A stretch of DNA of 61,354 nt, the filler included, from Deltaproteobacteria bacterium (GTDB taxonomy: Bacteria > JAEEML01), in NCBI GenBank assembly GCA_016283195.1. It is 6 parts of 6 records of this genome, joined end to end, with 100 filler letters (N's around TTAATTAATTAA, not from the genome) between each part and the next. Parts side by side here need not be neighbours in the genome. Positions count along the whole stretch, not along the records: positions 1 to 21,609 come from JAEEML010000047.1; 5 more parts are not named here. One strand, given 5' to 3'. Shown here one piece after another: positions 1 to 11,003 of this stretch. A program made the translations under genes and the position numbers. Position 1 is the stretch's first letter. Each line of letters opens with the position of its first letter. The notes below the pieces were generated by a model that saw only the letters and a program-made list of their open reading frames with translations, made no database searches and was not told where the DNA came from.

Positions 1-1322
1 AGTTTGGTCTTTTTTTGCGCTTTGGAAAGGCGGTAAAAAGCCAGGACAAAAAGGGCGGCTATAGCGGTAAAGATGAGCATATAGCCGGTGCTGCCCTGGG
101 CCAGGCCAATGAGTTTGAAGCCGTAATTGAGCATGGCGATGAGCGAGATGAAAGCCAGAAGCATGGCGCCCACATTGAGAACAAGGGTCATGCCTTCGCC
201 GGCGCCTCTGGCCGCCGCGCCGATGATATTGGCATCAAGGCGCTCCACTTCGCTATTGGCGCCGCCCATGGTTTTGGGCTTATCCACTTCGGGAATGATC
301 ATTTTGGCAAGAACCAGGCCTGCCGGCGCGTTCATGATGGAAGCGGCCATGAGGTGCCCGGCGATATCTGGAAAATAGCCTTTTAAAATAGCTACATAGC
401 CGGCCAAAACGCCGCCGGCTACCGTAGCAAAACCGCCGGTCATAATGGCCATGAGCTCACTTTGGGTCATATCTTTGACATAAGGCTTTACCACGAGAGG
501 CGCTTCGGTTTGGCCAACAAAAATATTAGCTGCCGCGCTCATAGACTCGGCGCCGGAGGTGTTCATGGTCTTTTGCATAATGGAGGCCATGAATTTTACC
601 ACAATTTGCATAATACCGAGGTGATAAAGCACGCTCATAAGAGCGGAGAAAAAGATAATGGCCGGGAGAGCGGTAAAGAGGAAATTGGTAAAGGCCGGCT
701 CCACTTTATTGGTGACATAGCTACTGATGAGGAAGTTAGTACCTTCATTGGCAAAGCCGAGAATTTTCAGCACAAAGATATTGACGGCGCTAAAAAGCTC
801 AGCTCCCACCGGTGCCTCATAAATCCAGTGATAAAGGGTGGCGGGGCCGGAAGGCTCAGCTGCCGGCGCAGGGAGGGCCAAAAAGAGCAAAAGGAGCAAA
901 AGGAGAGCACTGCCGCAGATTATTGTGGCTTTCTTCATCTTTTGCCAAATCTTAGCTTTCTTTTCGCGGCGCACCTGCCAAAAACCGGTGCCCAAAATAA
1001 GCATGGAAAGCAGAGTTAATGCCATCCACACCGGCTTAAAGATGAATAAGGCAAAAGTAAATTGCAAACCAATGCCCCAAATCACCAGTTGCCAGTTGAT
1101 GCGCCGTTTGGCATTGCTCAGCAAAAAGGCACAGGCCAAAATGGCTACCATGCCGATAATACTGGTAAAATGCCATCCGCTCTCGGCGACGGCCGGCAAC
1201 AGGGCTGCAGCCTGGCCGGCCAGCGTATCGGCGGCGGCCGCGCTAGCAATTGGAGGCAAAATGGCCCAGCAGGTGCCGGCGATAGCCAGGGATATAAGCA
1301 TTAAGCGAAGCCACAATTTCAT
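1..1322 (-). CDS. nupC: NupC/CNT-family nucleoside transporter (3' end runs off the window)
   Basis: My translation from ATG 1322 (GAGG upstream) gives motifs IIFFSALMSVLYHLGIMQ, SGAESMSAAANIFVGQTEAPL and MTGGFATVAGG. Absent from the ORF track because it is open at the edge. Follows pdp on the same strand. Confidence 0.92.
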   Translation of the reverse strand, partial: MKLWLRLMLISLAIAGTCWAILPPIASAAAADTLAGQAAALLPAVAESGWHFTSIIGMVAILACAFLLSNAKRRINWQLVIWGIGLQFTFALFIFKPVWMALTLLSMLILGTGFWQVRREKKAKIWQKMKKATIICGSALLLLLLLFLALPAPAAEPSGPATLYHWIYEAPVGAELFSAVNIFVLKILGFANEGTNFLISSYVTNKVEPAFTNFLFTALPAIIFFSALMSVLYHLGIMQIVVKFMASIMQKTMNTSGAESMSAAANIFVGQTEAPLVVKPYVKDMTQSELMAIMTGGFATVAGGVLAGYVAILKGYFPDIAGHLMAASIMNAPAGLVLAKMIIPEVDKPKTMGGANSEVERLDANIIGAAARGAGEGMTLVLNVGAMLLAFISLIAMLNYGFKLIGLAQGSTGYMLIFTAIAALFVLAFYRLSKAQKKTK

Positions 1323-1365
1323 TATTCGCACCTCTGGTAATTATGACTGAAGTTATGAAATTTAT

Positions 1366-2682
1366 TCAGTTTTTGGAGCTTAGACGCTCAAGTACCAACT
1401 GCGGAGCTTTAAATTCCGGTACCTCTTCGATGGTATAAGCGGCCAGGAAGGTGTCTCTGGCGGCGTTAATTTGAGCCTCGTTATTATAGTGGACCAGAGC
1501 CAGCGGCTCGCCTTTATTAACCTTTTGCCCGAGTTTGGCTTTGATTTCAAAGCCCACGGCCGGGTCGATGGTATCTTCGGCTTTGGCGCGGCCGCCGCCC
1601 AGTTTTACTCCGGCCATACCAACGCCGGTGGTATCAATGGCGGTGATTACGCCGGAAACGGGAGCCACAAATTCGCCGATATGCTTGGCAGTCGGCAGGA
1701 GATCCGGGTTATCGAGAACGCGCGGGTCGCCGCTTTGAGCGGCAATAACTTTGCGCATAACTTCCACGCCGGAACCATCGGCCATAGCTTTTTCGATTTT
1801 GGCACGGCCTTCTGCGGCATCTTTGGCTACATGGCCGAGTACCAGCATTTCAGCACCCAGTTCCACAGTGAGCTCACGGCTGTCAGCTGGGCCGCCGCCC
1901 TTCAAAATATCAATAGATTCGCGAATTTCCAAAGCGTTGCCTACCATGACACCCAGTGGCTGTTCCATGGAGGTAAGGAGTGCTCGCACAGAGACGCCGG
2001 CATGCTCGCCGATTTGAATGAGCGAAGTGGCAAGAGCTCTGGCATCGGGCAGAGTCTTCATAAAAGCGCCGCTGCCAACTTTCACATCGAGCACCAGGCC
2101 ATCAATGCCTTCGGAGAGCTTTTTGCTCATAATAGAGGCCGAAATTAAGTCTATAGACTCTACTGTGCCGGTGACATCGCGGAGAGCATAGAGTTTTTTA
2201 TCGGCCGGAGCAATATCCTTTGTTTGTCCGGCCAGGCAGAGGCCCAGTTCATTAGTTTGCTTTTTGAAAATATCCGGCTCGATATCCACTCTAAAGCCGG
2301 GAATTGATTCCAGCTTGTCCAAAGTGCCGCCGGTGTGGCCAAGACCGCGCCCGGAAACCATGGGCACTTTTACGCCGCAAGCAGCAACGAGGGGAGCCAG
2401 AGGTATGGAGATTTTATCGCCGACGCCGCCGGTGCTGTGTTTATCGACTTTGCGGCCGGGCACGCCATCCCAGTTAATAACTTTGCCGGAATCGCGCATG
2501 GCCAGAGTCAAAGCACCCCTTAGAGCAGGGGTAAGTCCTTGAAAATAGACAGCCATCAGCCAGGCTGTCACTTGATAATCAGGCACTTCTTTGGCTGTTA
2601 CCGCCTTGATAAAATCCTGAATATCCTTTTCGCTTACTTCTTCTTTGTCTCTAATCTTTCTGATTAACTCAACTACCAGCAC
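1366..2682 (-). CDS. pdp: Pyrimidine-nucleoside/thymidine phosphorylase
   Basis: Motifs DKHSTGGVGDK, SGRGLGHTGGTLDKLESIPG, DVKVGSGAFMK. Start moved to GTG 2682, which follows GGAGG. Confidence 0.95.
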   Translation of the reverse strand: MLVVELIRKIRDKEEVSEKDIQDFIKAVTAKEVPDYQVTAWLMAVYFQGLTPALRGALTLAMRDSGKVINWDGVPGRKVDKHSTGGVGDKISIPLAPLVAACGVKVPMVSGRGLGHTGGTLDKLESIPGFRVDIEPDIFKKQTNELGLCLAGQTKDIAPADKKLYALRDVTGTVESIDLISASIMSKKLSEGIDGLVLDVKVGSGAFMKTLPDARALATSLIQIGEHAGVSVRALLTSMEQPLGVMVGNALEIRESIDILKGGGPADSRELTVELGAEMLVLGHVAKDAAEGRAKIEKAMADGSGVEVMRKVIAAQSGDPRVLDNPDLLPTAKHIGEFVAPVSGVITAIDTTGVGMAGVKLGGGRAKAEDTIDPAVGFEIKAKLGQKVNKGEPLALVHYNNEAQINAARDTFLAAYTIEEVPEFKAPQLVLERLSSKN

Positions 2683-2818
2683 TTTAGCCTCCTTTGGTGT
2701 GGAAAGAGCAATAACTTTCAACCGCTAGCAATTTTAGCGCGCTTGGTCAAGCTGTTTTCCGCATTTTGATGATTTTTTTTAGCGTTTTTTTCACTTAAAT
2801 AATTTTTTTATTGGTATC

Positions 2819-2848
2819 TTGACATTCGTCTGAAGTTGATCCTAGGAT
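2819..2848 (+). promoter_or_regulatory. Sigma70-like promoter
   Basis: TTGACA-18 nt-TAGGAT upstream of the ORF at 2906. Confidence 0.5.
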
Positions 2849-2905
2849 AAAGCATTATCCTTTATGGGTAAGTTCTCGGCTACCGAATAGTTTGGTTTTG
2901 GAGAG

Positions 2906-3301
2906 ATGATGCCACACGCTATTTTTGACACTTCACACTATCCGCTGGTTGTCGCCACCTTTCCCAGCGACGCCACTCCGGAAGATTGCAGGCAATATTC
3001 ATACGATATTGCCGAAATTTGCCGGAAATATTCCAATATTCTTTATCTTATAGATGCGAGAAAAGTTGACGAGCGCAGTGTTAATCAAGAACTTAGAACG
3101 GCCATGGCCGAAAGCTTTAATGAGGTAACCGATATTTTCGATAAATCGATCATCGCCAGAGCTCATCTGGTGAGCAACCAGGTGATGATTGGAATGTTTG
3201 CCGCTTTCCATTGGCTGCTCACCAAACAGCTTACCTCCCCGCGCAAGATTTTTACCGATTACGATGAAGCTATAACCTGGCTCATGCAGTTTAAAAAATA
3301 A
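2906..3301 (+). CDS. STAS/SEC14 (SpoIIAA-like) domain hypothetical protein
   Basis: 131 aa, GGAGAG RBS; YPLVV, LIDAR and PRKIFTDYDEAITWL match the pattern of this family. Confidence 0.55.
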   Translation: MMPHAIFDTSHYPLVVATFPSDATPEDCRQYSYDIAEICRKYSNILYLIDARKVDERSVNQELRTAMAESFNEVTDIFDKSIIARAHLVSNQVMIGMFAAFHWLLTKQLTSPRKIFTDYDEAITWLMQFKK

Positions 3302-3509
3302 TTTTTTCCCTGCCACAGTTATTTACTAAGTTTTAGCTAATTTTTAAGCCTGGTTGCCGGCGGCCTAGTAGGCCTTTGGGGGGCATACTAGATTTAGAAA
3401 AAGTATTTACACACACCAACTAAAGTGTTAGTGCTCAAAGTTTTGTAGAGAGCTGCTGCTTGACTGCAGCTTTTGCATGAAATTTCTTTTGCTGGGGAGT
3501 GTTTAGCCT

Positions 3510-5585
3510 ATGAAGCAAGTTGAAAATAGCGATCTTTACGTGGATCGTAAACATACAATTCATTTCCGAGTGACCATGGGCATGATTATACTTGGCACCA
3601 TAAGTGCCTCTTTAATGGCCTTTTTATCACTCATTTCGATGACCATAGGCTCCTCATATTTAAGTAGCGGCAATGCCAGGCGCTATGTACCGTTTGTCGC
3701 TTCTTCCATCAGGGCCGCCCTTGATAAAGAGAGCTCCTCCAAAGAATTAGCCGAGAAAATTGAGCAGCTGAGTTATCTGGACAATATAGACTATGTCGCT
3801 CTTTTGGACGCGCAGGGCAAAGCCCTTTCTGAGTGGCACCGCCCCGGGGCAAAGAGAGATTTTAGCTCTAAATTTTTCCCAAAAATAGAAGAAGATACGC
3901 TTACCAGATTCGGAACGAGCCTTTATATTAAAGAGCCGCTTAATGAAAAAAATGACTATTACCTCCTCATGGGCATTGACCCCATAGCGCTCCTTTTAAT
4001 CCAACTTACCCAATATGGCTCTTTTTATTTGCTCTTTTTTGTCGGGGCTTTTGTGGTTATCTTAATAGCCAACTATTTTGCTAATGTTCATCTTGTTAAG
4101 CCTTTGACGGGGGTTTGTAAAAGCACTGTCGATATGCTGGAAAAGCGCGATTTGACTTTTTCGCTGCCGATAGCTGCCGGTGCGGAAATCGGCAAATGTA
4201 CACTGGTTATAAATACAATTGCCGAAAAGCTGCGCACTATGCTTTTGGCTCTTAGAAAAGCTTGCGAACAGTTTGAAGAAGTAGTGAAAAATCTTGAGGA
4301 ATCCGGCAACAATGTTTCAAAGGATTCGCTGGTTATAAAGCAAAACATAGATAATACCAACGACAAAATGAGTGAGCTTGATAAGTCGTTTTGGACAGTT
4401 ACCGAAGAATTGCAAAAACTGACGGCCCAATCCGAGCGCAGTTCTACCACCGTTTATGAAATGGGACAGGTTAATGAGGAGGTTTTTGAAAATGTCACCG
4501 CCATGAGCGCGGCGGTTACGCAGTCCATCGGCGCGATTGAGCAGATGAGCGCGGCCATAGAGCAAACTTCCGGATTTGTTGACCAATTGAATACAGATAT
4601 CGAAAGCGTCAACGAATCTATGCGCCGCCTTGACTCTTCGATTGCCTTAGAGCAAAAGAGTGCCACCGATTCGATAGACCTCTCCAAAGAGCTGGCCCAA
4701 AATGCCGATAACGGTATGGCGGCCCTGGAGCAGACTATTGGCGGTATTGACCAAATTCAGAAAAATTCGGCCGAAATTGCCAAAGTGGTAGCCACTTTTG
4801 AAGAGCACGCCATGAATATCGGCAATATTCTTCATGTGATAGATGATGTTACCAAGCAGACCAACCTCCTCGCTTTAAATGCCGCTATCATCTCCGCTCA
4901 GGCCGGGGAACATGGGCGGGGCTTTGCAGTTGTGGCCGAAGAAATCGGCGCTCTGGCCAGTCGTACTAAAGATTCTACCAAAGAAATAGCGGAACTTATC
5001 GAGGCTATTCAAAATGAAACCCGCCTGGCAGTAAGCGTTATGCAGGAAAATAATTCAACCATCGAGAATGGAGCCAAATTAGGGGCGGAAGCCGCTAAGG
5101 CTTTTGCCAAACTTAAAAATTCGGCCGATAAATCGACAGCTCAAGCTCAGGTGCTGGCTAAGGCCACCGCCGAACAGGTGACAGATGTCAAAAATGTCAC
5201 CCAAGCTATTGGTAGCATAGTAAATACAGTTTCAGAGATGAATCGTTCTGCGCGGCGTCAGGCCGAAGAGGCGGATTTATTAAATAAGGCCGCCGGTAAT
5301 ATGAATATGCTGAATCAGCAGGTGGCCCGTTCGAGCGAGGAGCAGTCACAATCGGCCAAAGAGGTTTTGAAGTCCATTAAAAATATTTCGCAAATGGCAG
5401 AAGCGGTAAATAAGCGCCAAACGGCCCAAACCGCAGGTACCAAACTGGCTGTTTCCACCATAGGCCAAGTGGACGAGTGCGTAAAATTGCAAAATGAAGC
5501 GGCCCGGCGACTCACCAAGGCCATTGAAGAAATCGGTAATCATATCGGTAAGTTAACCAGCTATACCGCCGAGTTCAAAATATAA
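3510..5585 (+). CDS. Methyl-accepting chemotaxis protein (2 TM, HAMP, very long signalling domain)
   Basis: [30 protein letters not shown] hairpin tip; two hydrophobic segments. Confidence 0.95.
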   Translation: MKQVENSDLYVDRKHTIHFRVTMGMIILGTISASLMAFLSLISMTIGSSYLSSGNARRYVPFVASSIRAALDKESSSKELAEKIEQLSYLDNIDYVALLDAQGKALSEWHRPGAKRDFSSKFFPKIEEDTLTRFGTSLYIKEPLNEKNDYYLLMGIDPIALLLIQLTQYGSFYLLFFVGAFVVILIANYFANVHLVKPLTGVCKSTVDMLEKRDLTFSLPIAAGAEIGKCTLVINTIAEKLRTMLLALRKACEQFEEVVKNLEESGNNVSKDSLVIKQNIDNTNDKMSELDKSFWTVTEELQKLTAQSERSSTTVYEMGQVNEEVFENVTAMSAAVTQSIGAIEQMSAAIEQTSGFVDQLNTDIESVNESMRRLDSSIALEQKSATDSIDLSKELAQNADNGMAALEQTIGGIDQIQKNSAEIAKVVATFEEHAMNIGNILHVIDDVTKQTNLLALNAAIISAQAGEHGRGFAVVAEEIGALASRTKDSTKEIAELIEAIQNETRLAVSVMQENNSTIENGAKLGAEAAKAFAKLKNSADKSTAQAQVLAKATAEQVTDVKNVTQAIGSIVNTVSEMNRSARRQAEEADLLNKAAGNMNMLNQQVARSSEEQSQSAKEVLKSIKNISQMAEAVNKRQTAQTAGTKLAVSTIGQVDECVKLQNEAARRLTKAIEEIGNHIGKLTSYTAEFKI

Positions 5586-5650
5586 ATGCCAAAAGCGTTT
5601 TATGGATGAAAGTGCCGATAAGTTTTTTATTCTTAAAAGAGGCAATTTAG

Positions 5651-7756
5651 ATGCAAAGAGAAGAAATAAAAGCCGATATCGCAGCCAAAGCGCGTGAAAT
5701 GAAAAATGATTTGGAGCGGGGAAAGAAGACGCTGCACTACCTTTTTTCAACGCGCATCGGTGGCGTTGGGGGCATGACCGTTGCGGTGATGCTGGTTTTT
5801 CTCTATGTGGCCATGGCTTATGGGCGCATAACTTACCAGCTTGGCCTTGATAGAGCGGTGGTAAATTTAAAAATGCCAACTATTAATGGACTTATAAATG
5901 ATACTGTCACAGATGCGACTTTTGATGAAATACTGAGTGATTTTGCTGCTATAAGTTATGTCGATTACGCGGCGTTTTTGGATGACCAGGATAAGGAAGT
6001 AGCCGTTTGGCGACGCGATGCAAAAAGCCGGGCCTATAATCCGCGCGAGGCTAAGAGGCTGGCCGCCGGAGAGCTGAAATTTACCGGCCACGGTATTTAT
6101 ACCAAACATGAATTGCCTGCGGGATACCATTTGGTGCTGGGGGCCAATATTATGGTCATAGCCATAAAATCAACCGATGGGCCGTGTGTTATTACTTTAA
6201 CTGTTCTCTCGGCCATTTTGGGCCTTTTGATCTGCTTGCTCTTTAAAATTTTTAACGAGAAAATCATAAATCCGCTGGTTAATCTCACAAAGCACGCCAG
6301 TGATATTGTTGATAGAAGAGATTTAACAAACCTTATCCCTGTGGAAAATACTAATGAAATCGGCCAGGTGGCTAAATGCATTAACTTGGTGACTAATAAT
6401 TTGCACAGTATTTTGTGTGACTTACGCGATACCTGCCAAAAATTTGCCCTCATTACTAATGATTTGGGTGAGGCCGGCGGCGATATTGCCGGTAATTCGC
6501 GGACTATTCGCGAAAGTATTCAAACGGCTCAAAAGACGATAAGTGATTTAAATGATTCATTTATGGATGTCTCTCTTAAGCTCCAGGAGCTGGCCTCCCA
6601 ATCTGAGCAAGGTTCCACTACCGTTTACCAGATGGGCCAGGTTAATCAGGAAGTTTTTAATAATGTAAAGGCCATGGGCTCCTCGGTGGAGCAGTCGCTC
6701 ACGGCTATTAAGCAGATGAATCAGGTTATAGAGGAGACAGCTGGCTATATAGCGCAGCTAAACGGCGATATCACCAGTGTGAATACCTCCATGCAGCGTT
6801 TGGATTCTTCTATCTCCCTCGAAGAAGAGAGCGCCTCGAGCTCTATAGTGATTGCCAAAGAGCTGGCCGATAATGCTAATAATGGTTTAATTGCCCTTAA
6901 ACAAACAGTTAACGGTATTGAGCAAATTCAAAAAAGTTCTGCCGAAATGGCTAAAGTTATCAGCGCTCTCGGCAAGCATGCTATGGATATCGGCAATATT
7001 CTCCATGTTATAGATGATGTCACCAAGCAGACAAACCTTCTCGCTTTAAATGCCGCCATTATCTCCGCTCAGGCCGGAGAGCATGGGCGCGGTTTTGCCG
7101 TTGTGGCCGAGGAAATCGGCGCACTTGCCGGGCGCACCAAGGATTCCACCAAAGAAATAGCCGAGCTGATTAATACCATCCAAAATGAGGCCAGGCGGGC
7201 GATAAATGTTATGAATGAGGGTGAAGCCACCATTGCCGAAGGGGCCAAATTTGGTGTCGAAGCCGCCAAAGCCTTTGATAAGTTAAAAGATTCGGCCGAT
7301 AAATCCACCATCCAGGCCAAAGCTCTGGCTAAGGCCACCACGGAGCAGGCTGAGGATGTGCGGGCTGTCACCAAAGCTATAGAAAACATCAGTACTACGG
7401 TGGAGGAGATAAATACCTCCGCTCATCACCAGTCTGAGGAAGCTGCCGCTCTTAATCAGGCCGCAGGTAAAATGAATCTCTTAAACCAGCAAGTGGCTCG
7501 CTCCAGTGAAGAACAAGCACGCTCGGCCGGCGAGGTTTTGAAGGCCATACAAAATATTTCTACTATGTCAAACATGGTGACAGAGTGCCAGGCAGCCCAG
7601 ATGAAAAGCACGCAAGAGGCCAGCAAAGCTGTTGATTCTGTTGATAAAAATGCTATATCGCAAAACAATGCGGCCGTAAGACTCAATAATATTATTGCCA
7701 CCATCAACGAGCAGCTGAAAGAGCTATTGATCTTTACGGAAGAATTTAAAATCTGA
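5651..7756 (+). CDS. Methyl-accepting chemotaxis protein, tandem paralog
   Basis: Same hairpin-tip motif and architecture; divergent sensor domain; ends EFKI like the upstream paralog. Confidence 0.95.
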   Translation: MQREEIKADIAAKAREMKNDLERGKKTLHYLFSTRIGGVGGMTVAVMLVFLYVAMAYGRITYQLGLDRAVVNLKMPTINGLINDTVTDATFDEILSDFAAISYVDYAAFLDDQDKEVAVWRRDAKSRAYNPREAKRLAAGELKFTGHGIYTKHELPAGYHLVLGANIMVIAIKSTDGPCVITLTVLSAILGLLICLLFKIFNEKIINPLVNLTKHASDIVDRRDLTNLIPVENTNEIGQVAKCINLVTNNLHSILCDLRDTCQKFALITNDLGEAGGDIAGNSRTIRESIQTAQKTISDLNDSFMDVSLKLQELASQSEQGSTTVYQMGQVNQEVFNNVKAMGSSVEQSLTAIKQMNQVIEETAGYIAQLNGDITSVNTSMQRLDSSISLEEESASSSIVIAKELADNANNGLIALKQTVNGIEQIQKSSAEMAKVISALGKHAMDIGNILHVIDDVTKQTNLLALNAAIISAQAGEHGRGFAVVAEEIGALAGRTKDSTKEIAELINTIQNEARRAINVMNEGEATIAEGAKFGVEAAKAFDKLKDSADKSTIQAKALAKATTEQAEDVRAVTKAIENISTTVEEINTSAHHQSEEAAALNQAAGKMNLLNQQVARSSEEQARSAGEVLKAIQNISTMSNMVTECQAAQMKSTQEASKAVDSVDKNAISQNNAAVRLNNIIATINEQLKELLIFTEEFKI

Positions 7757-7761
7757 GAGCA

Positions 7762-8960
7762 CTATTTATTAGTAATTAATTTTTTGATTTTATTGCCGAT
7801 ATCATTGCTGTAGATGAGATGAATACTTTTATCGTTTTGCGAGTTTAGGCGCATCATAAAAGTAGGATTTTGCGGCTGCTGAGATCGCTCTTGATATAGG
7901 CGGCGGCGCTTTCATCGTCACCTTTTATATCCTGGAGCTTCTTTTTCCCATGGCCGCCCCAGATTTTTTCTTAATACTGCTTTGATTATAGGCAATACGC
8001 ACATTTATGCGCAAATCATGAATGATTCCCGCTTCTTCCAGAGGCTTAAGCTCCCCATAGACATATTCTTCAAACCAGCCGCCGCTTAAATATTTGGCAA
8101 AATTGTGCCAGCCGCGTATTGGGCCATAGAGTTTACCGCCCAGGATAACAGTTCCTTCCTGGCTGTTTTTGGCTTTATGGAATACTTTACATTCACTCGT
8201 TTCATAGACCGGCAGCTCAAAATCTTTGATGTTGTTGTCATCATTATAATTAACGAGATCGGCATATAATTTTTGAATTTTTTCATGATTTTTGAAAAGA
8301 GCGGCGCTGAGTTCCTGGCGCACGTTGCCTTGGGTTAGGCGGGCTCTAATGTTCTCCCAGGCGCCGTTGTTTTTAATATATTGTTCTTTGTCCAAGCAGT
8401 TGAGCTTAATTAAGTCGATGGAGCTGGTGATTGGTTTTAAGGGACGGCGGGCGCCGGTTTGCAAATTGACGATATTGTTTTCCGCCAGATTGAAATAGAG
8501 CGGGGTGGCATTGACTTTGCTGCAAGCGCTAAAAGCGCCGGCATACATTAATTTAGTGCCGCCCGTTAGGTTAAAAGCCATGACCGGCGTTCCCGGGCTC
8601 AAATGAAAAGTTACTGTCGCATCTTTCTTTTCACCGTTTGTGGCCTCAGATAAGGCTGTTTTGGCTGCCTGAAAAATGCCCTCGCTATCATTAAGATTTT
8701 TTAATGGCACAGGTTTAAAATTAAGCTCAAGTTGCCGCCCGTTTTCCGCGAGAGCCGCTTTTAACCAATTCATATAATGGCAGTGAGCCCCGGGTGTATT
8801 GGCGTATTCATAGACTTTTTGACCCGCGGCCTCATTAGGCAGCAGATGTACTTTTGAAAGCTCATTTTCTGCTACTTCGGCCTTTTGTTGATTGGTGTAT
8901 CCTAGGATAAGTGCCCGGTCATAATTATTGGCAAGTAAAGCGCCCAAAACCGGGCCGCCG
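7762..8960 (-). pseudogene. Decayed CARF-nuclease (DUF1887/Card1-like with an extra N-terminal CARF-like module)
   Basis: GPVLGALL..YD, LSPGTPVM fused directly to FNLTGGTKLM, and GGWFEEYVY. No proper start, frameshift near 7965, and the ELDV/ECK catalytic segment is missing. Confidence 0.72.
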
Positions 8961-10364
8961 GCTACGGCGCGGGCGGCGGCTGCCGCTAGTGTTTTCGGAT
9001 TCCGGCACTATTTCTACTTCGGCACCAACCATTTTTAGCAAAATAGGCATAATAACGGCAAAAAGTTGTAAATCAGGTGCCAGCTGTGCCGAAAGCCCTT
9101 GCAAAAGTCCCATGGTGCGCCCGAGGAGCACCAGCTCTTCAGGTAATTCCATGTTTAGCTCGCGCACTATAAATCGCACTTCGGCAAAAAGGGAAGGGGC
9201 TTTTTCGGCCACATGACCTTCGAGAGCTTTAAGTTCGCCAAGAGAGCCCTCCTTAAAGTGGCGCCCGGCTCTTTGCAAATAAGGCAGCACTTTGGGAATG
9301 TCCTCTTCTTTGAAACAGCCCATATCGGAAAGAGCCTTGGCGAGAGCCCACCCGTCGCGGCTTAAAATGGCAAAAGCGGCGCGCCGCATGGCGGCGGTAA
9401 AAGCCGGGGAGAGCTCTTTGGCCAGGCCAAAATCCACAATGCCCAGGCGTCCGTCCTCTAGGGCAAAGAGGTTACCAGGGTGGGGGTCGGCCTGAAAAAA
9501 GCCATCTAAAAAGAACTGTTTGGCATAGCACTCTATGGTGGTGGTCATCAGCTTGGTGCCGTTGATATTATTGGCTTTAAGAGAGGCAAAATCGGTGATT
9601 TTAATACCATCGATAAAAGAGAGTACCAGGACTTTAGGCCCGGAGTATTCCCGGTAAATTTTTGGGATAACCACCTTGGGCGATAGAGCAAAATTATGGG
9701 CCAGGCGTAAGCCGTTTTCTGCTTCGTTTTGGTAATCGAGCTCGCGCCAGGTGCAATTAATAAGCTCTTTTAAGAGGGCTTTAAATTGCATCTCGGGAAA
9801 AAGGCGGTTAAGCCAGGCAAAAACCAGCGAAACCAGAGCCATATCTACCTTTAGAGTGCGTTTTATGGCCGGGTGCTGCACTTTTATGGCCACCTTTTCG
9901 CCATTTTTGAGGATGGCTCTATGTACCTGGCCAAAACTGGCGGCCGCTATGGCCTCGTGCTCAATGAGAGTAAAATCTGCGAGGCGGTTTTTTAAGGCTT
10001 TTTTTAGCGTGTGTTCTACCAAATACCAGGGAGTTGGAGTGACGCGATCTTGCAAAGTGGAGAGCGGCGCCAAAAACTCCGGCGGCAAAATATCGGCCCG
10101 GCTGCTTAAAAGCTGCCCCACTTTAATGAGGCCGCCTTTTAGCTTGTTGGCAGTTTTTACAAAATGGCGCACGGCTTTTTCGCTCTTTGCTAAAAGATCT
10201 TTTTTTTCGCTATTAATTCTTAAAATATGTTTTTTTATGTACCAAAAAATTAGCGGAGTGGCCATATAGACAATGGCTACTACCAGGCGGATCGTGTGCA
10301 AACTTAAGGCAAAAGGTGCTGTTATACTATGGCCGATATGGCGCAGCCTAGGCACGGGAAACAC
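8925..10364 (-). CDS. ABC1/UbiB (AarF) atypical kinase family protein
   Basis: Motifs KVGQLLSSR, AAASFGQVH, VAIKVQHP, ELDY, ADPHPGN, DFG. Confidence 0.92.
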   Translation of the reverse strand: MFPVPRLRHIGHSITAPFALSLHTIRLVVAIVYMATPLIFWYIKKHILRINSEKKDLLAKSEKAVRHFVKTANKLKGGLIKVGQLLSSRADILPPEFLAPLSTLQDRVTPTPWYLVEHTLKKALKNRLADFTLIEHEAIAAASFGQVHRAILKNGEKVAIKVQHPAIKRTLKVDMALVSLVFAWLNRLFPEMQFKALLKELINCTWRELDYQNEAENGLRLAHNFALSPKVVIPKIYREYSGPKVLVLSFIDGIKITDFASLKANNINGTKLMTTTIECYAKQFFLDGFFQADPHPGNLFALEDGRLGIVDFGLAKELSPAFTAAMRRAAFAILSRDGWALAKALSDMGCFKEEDIPKVLPYLQRAGRHFKEGSLGELKALEGHVAEKAPSLFAEVRFIVRELNMELPEELVLLGRTMGLLQGLSAQLAPDLQLFAVIMPILLKMVGAEVEIVPESENTSGSRRPRRSRRPGFGRFTCQ

Positions 10365-11003
10365 CTATTTCCCGGAAATAACAGATAAAATTTTGGCTAC
10401 ATAATCTGTGTTGCCGCTGATGGAGAGCTGTGAGCCCATGAGACTGGCGATATCGGTATCTTCTGGGCGGCTGATAGATAAGAGGCGCATCAGATCATAT
10501 TTTATGGTGATATAGGGGCTATTTTCGCCAGGAGCGCCGATTTCCATAGTGAGCACATGCTCATCGCCGAGATCGTCGCTAAAGCGAAAATCCACCATTG
10601 CCGGGTCGCTTAGGGCAATATTTTGCAAAAGGCTCAATTTGCCAAGGCTGGAAAGAATTTTTTTGGCGCCGTAATCGCGCCATTTTTCCAATTCACCATT
10701 ACGCTTAAAAGTGTTGTAGCGCTGAGTGATGGCGCCGTAGAGGGCATTAAAAGCCGCTCTGTCCATAGTAAAAGCGGCAATGGCCTCATCGGCTGCTCCG
10801 GCGGCGATAGTGAGCTCGCCTGCAGCCGATACTTGGGCGCTGTAAATACCGCCGCCGGTGCCTTCAAATTCCCATTCGGTTAAAATATCAATGCCCGGTT
10901 TTAGCGGAACGGCATCTTTAAAAACAGCCCAGAGTTTTGGTACTTCGCTATTCACAAAATCGGCCGGGGAAATCCGCCGGGGGAGGGAAGGCCAATCTAC
11001 CAT
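10365..11003 (-). CDS. Hypothetical protein with SCP2-like (lipid-binding) segment
   Basis: FEGTGGGIYSAQVSAAGELTIAAGAADEAIAAFTMD resembles the SCP2 motif; abuts the UbiB-family gene. Confidence 0.5.
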   Translation of the reverse strand: MVDWPSLPRRISPADFVNSEVPKLWAVFKDAVPLKPGIDILTEWEFEGTGGGIYSAQVSAAGELTIAAGAADEAIAAFTMDRAAFNALYGAITQRYNTFKRNGELEKWRDYGAKKILSSLGKLSLLQNIALSDPAMVDFRFSDDLGDEHVLTMEIGAPGENSPYITIKYDLMRLLSISRPEDTDIASLMGSQLSISGNTDYVAKILSVISGK

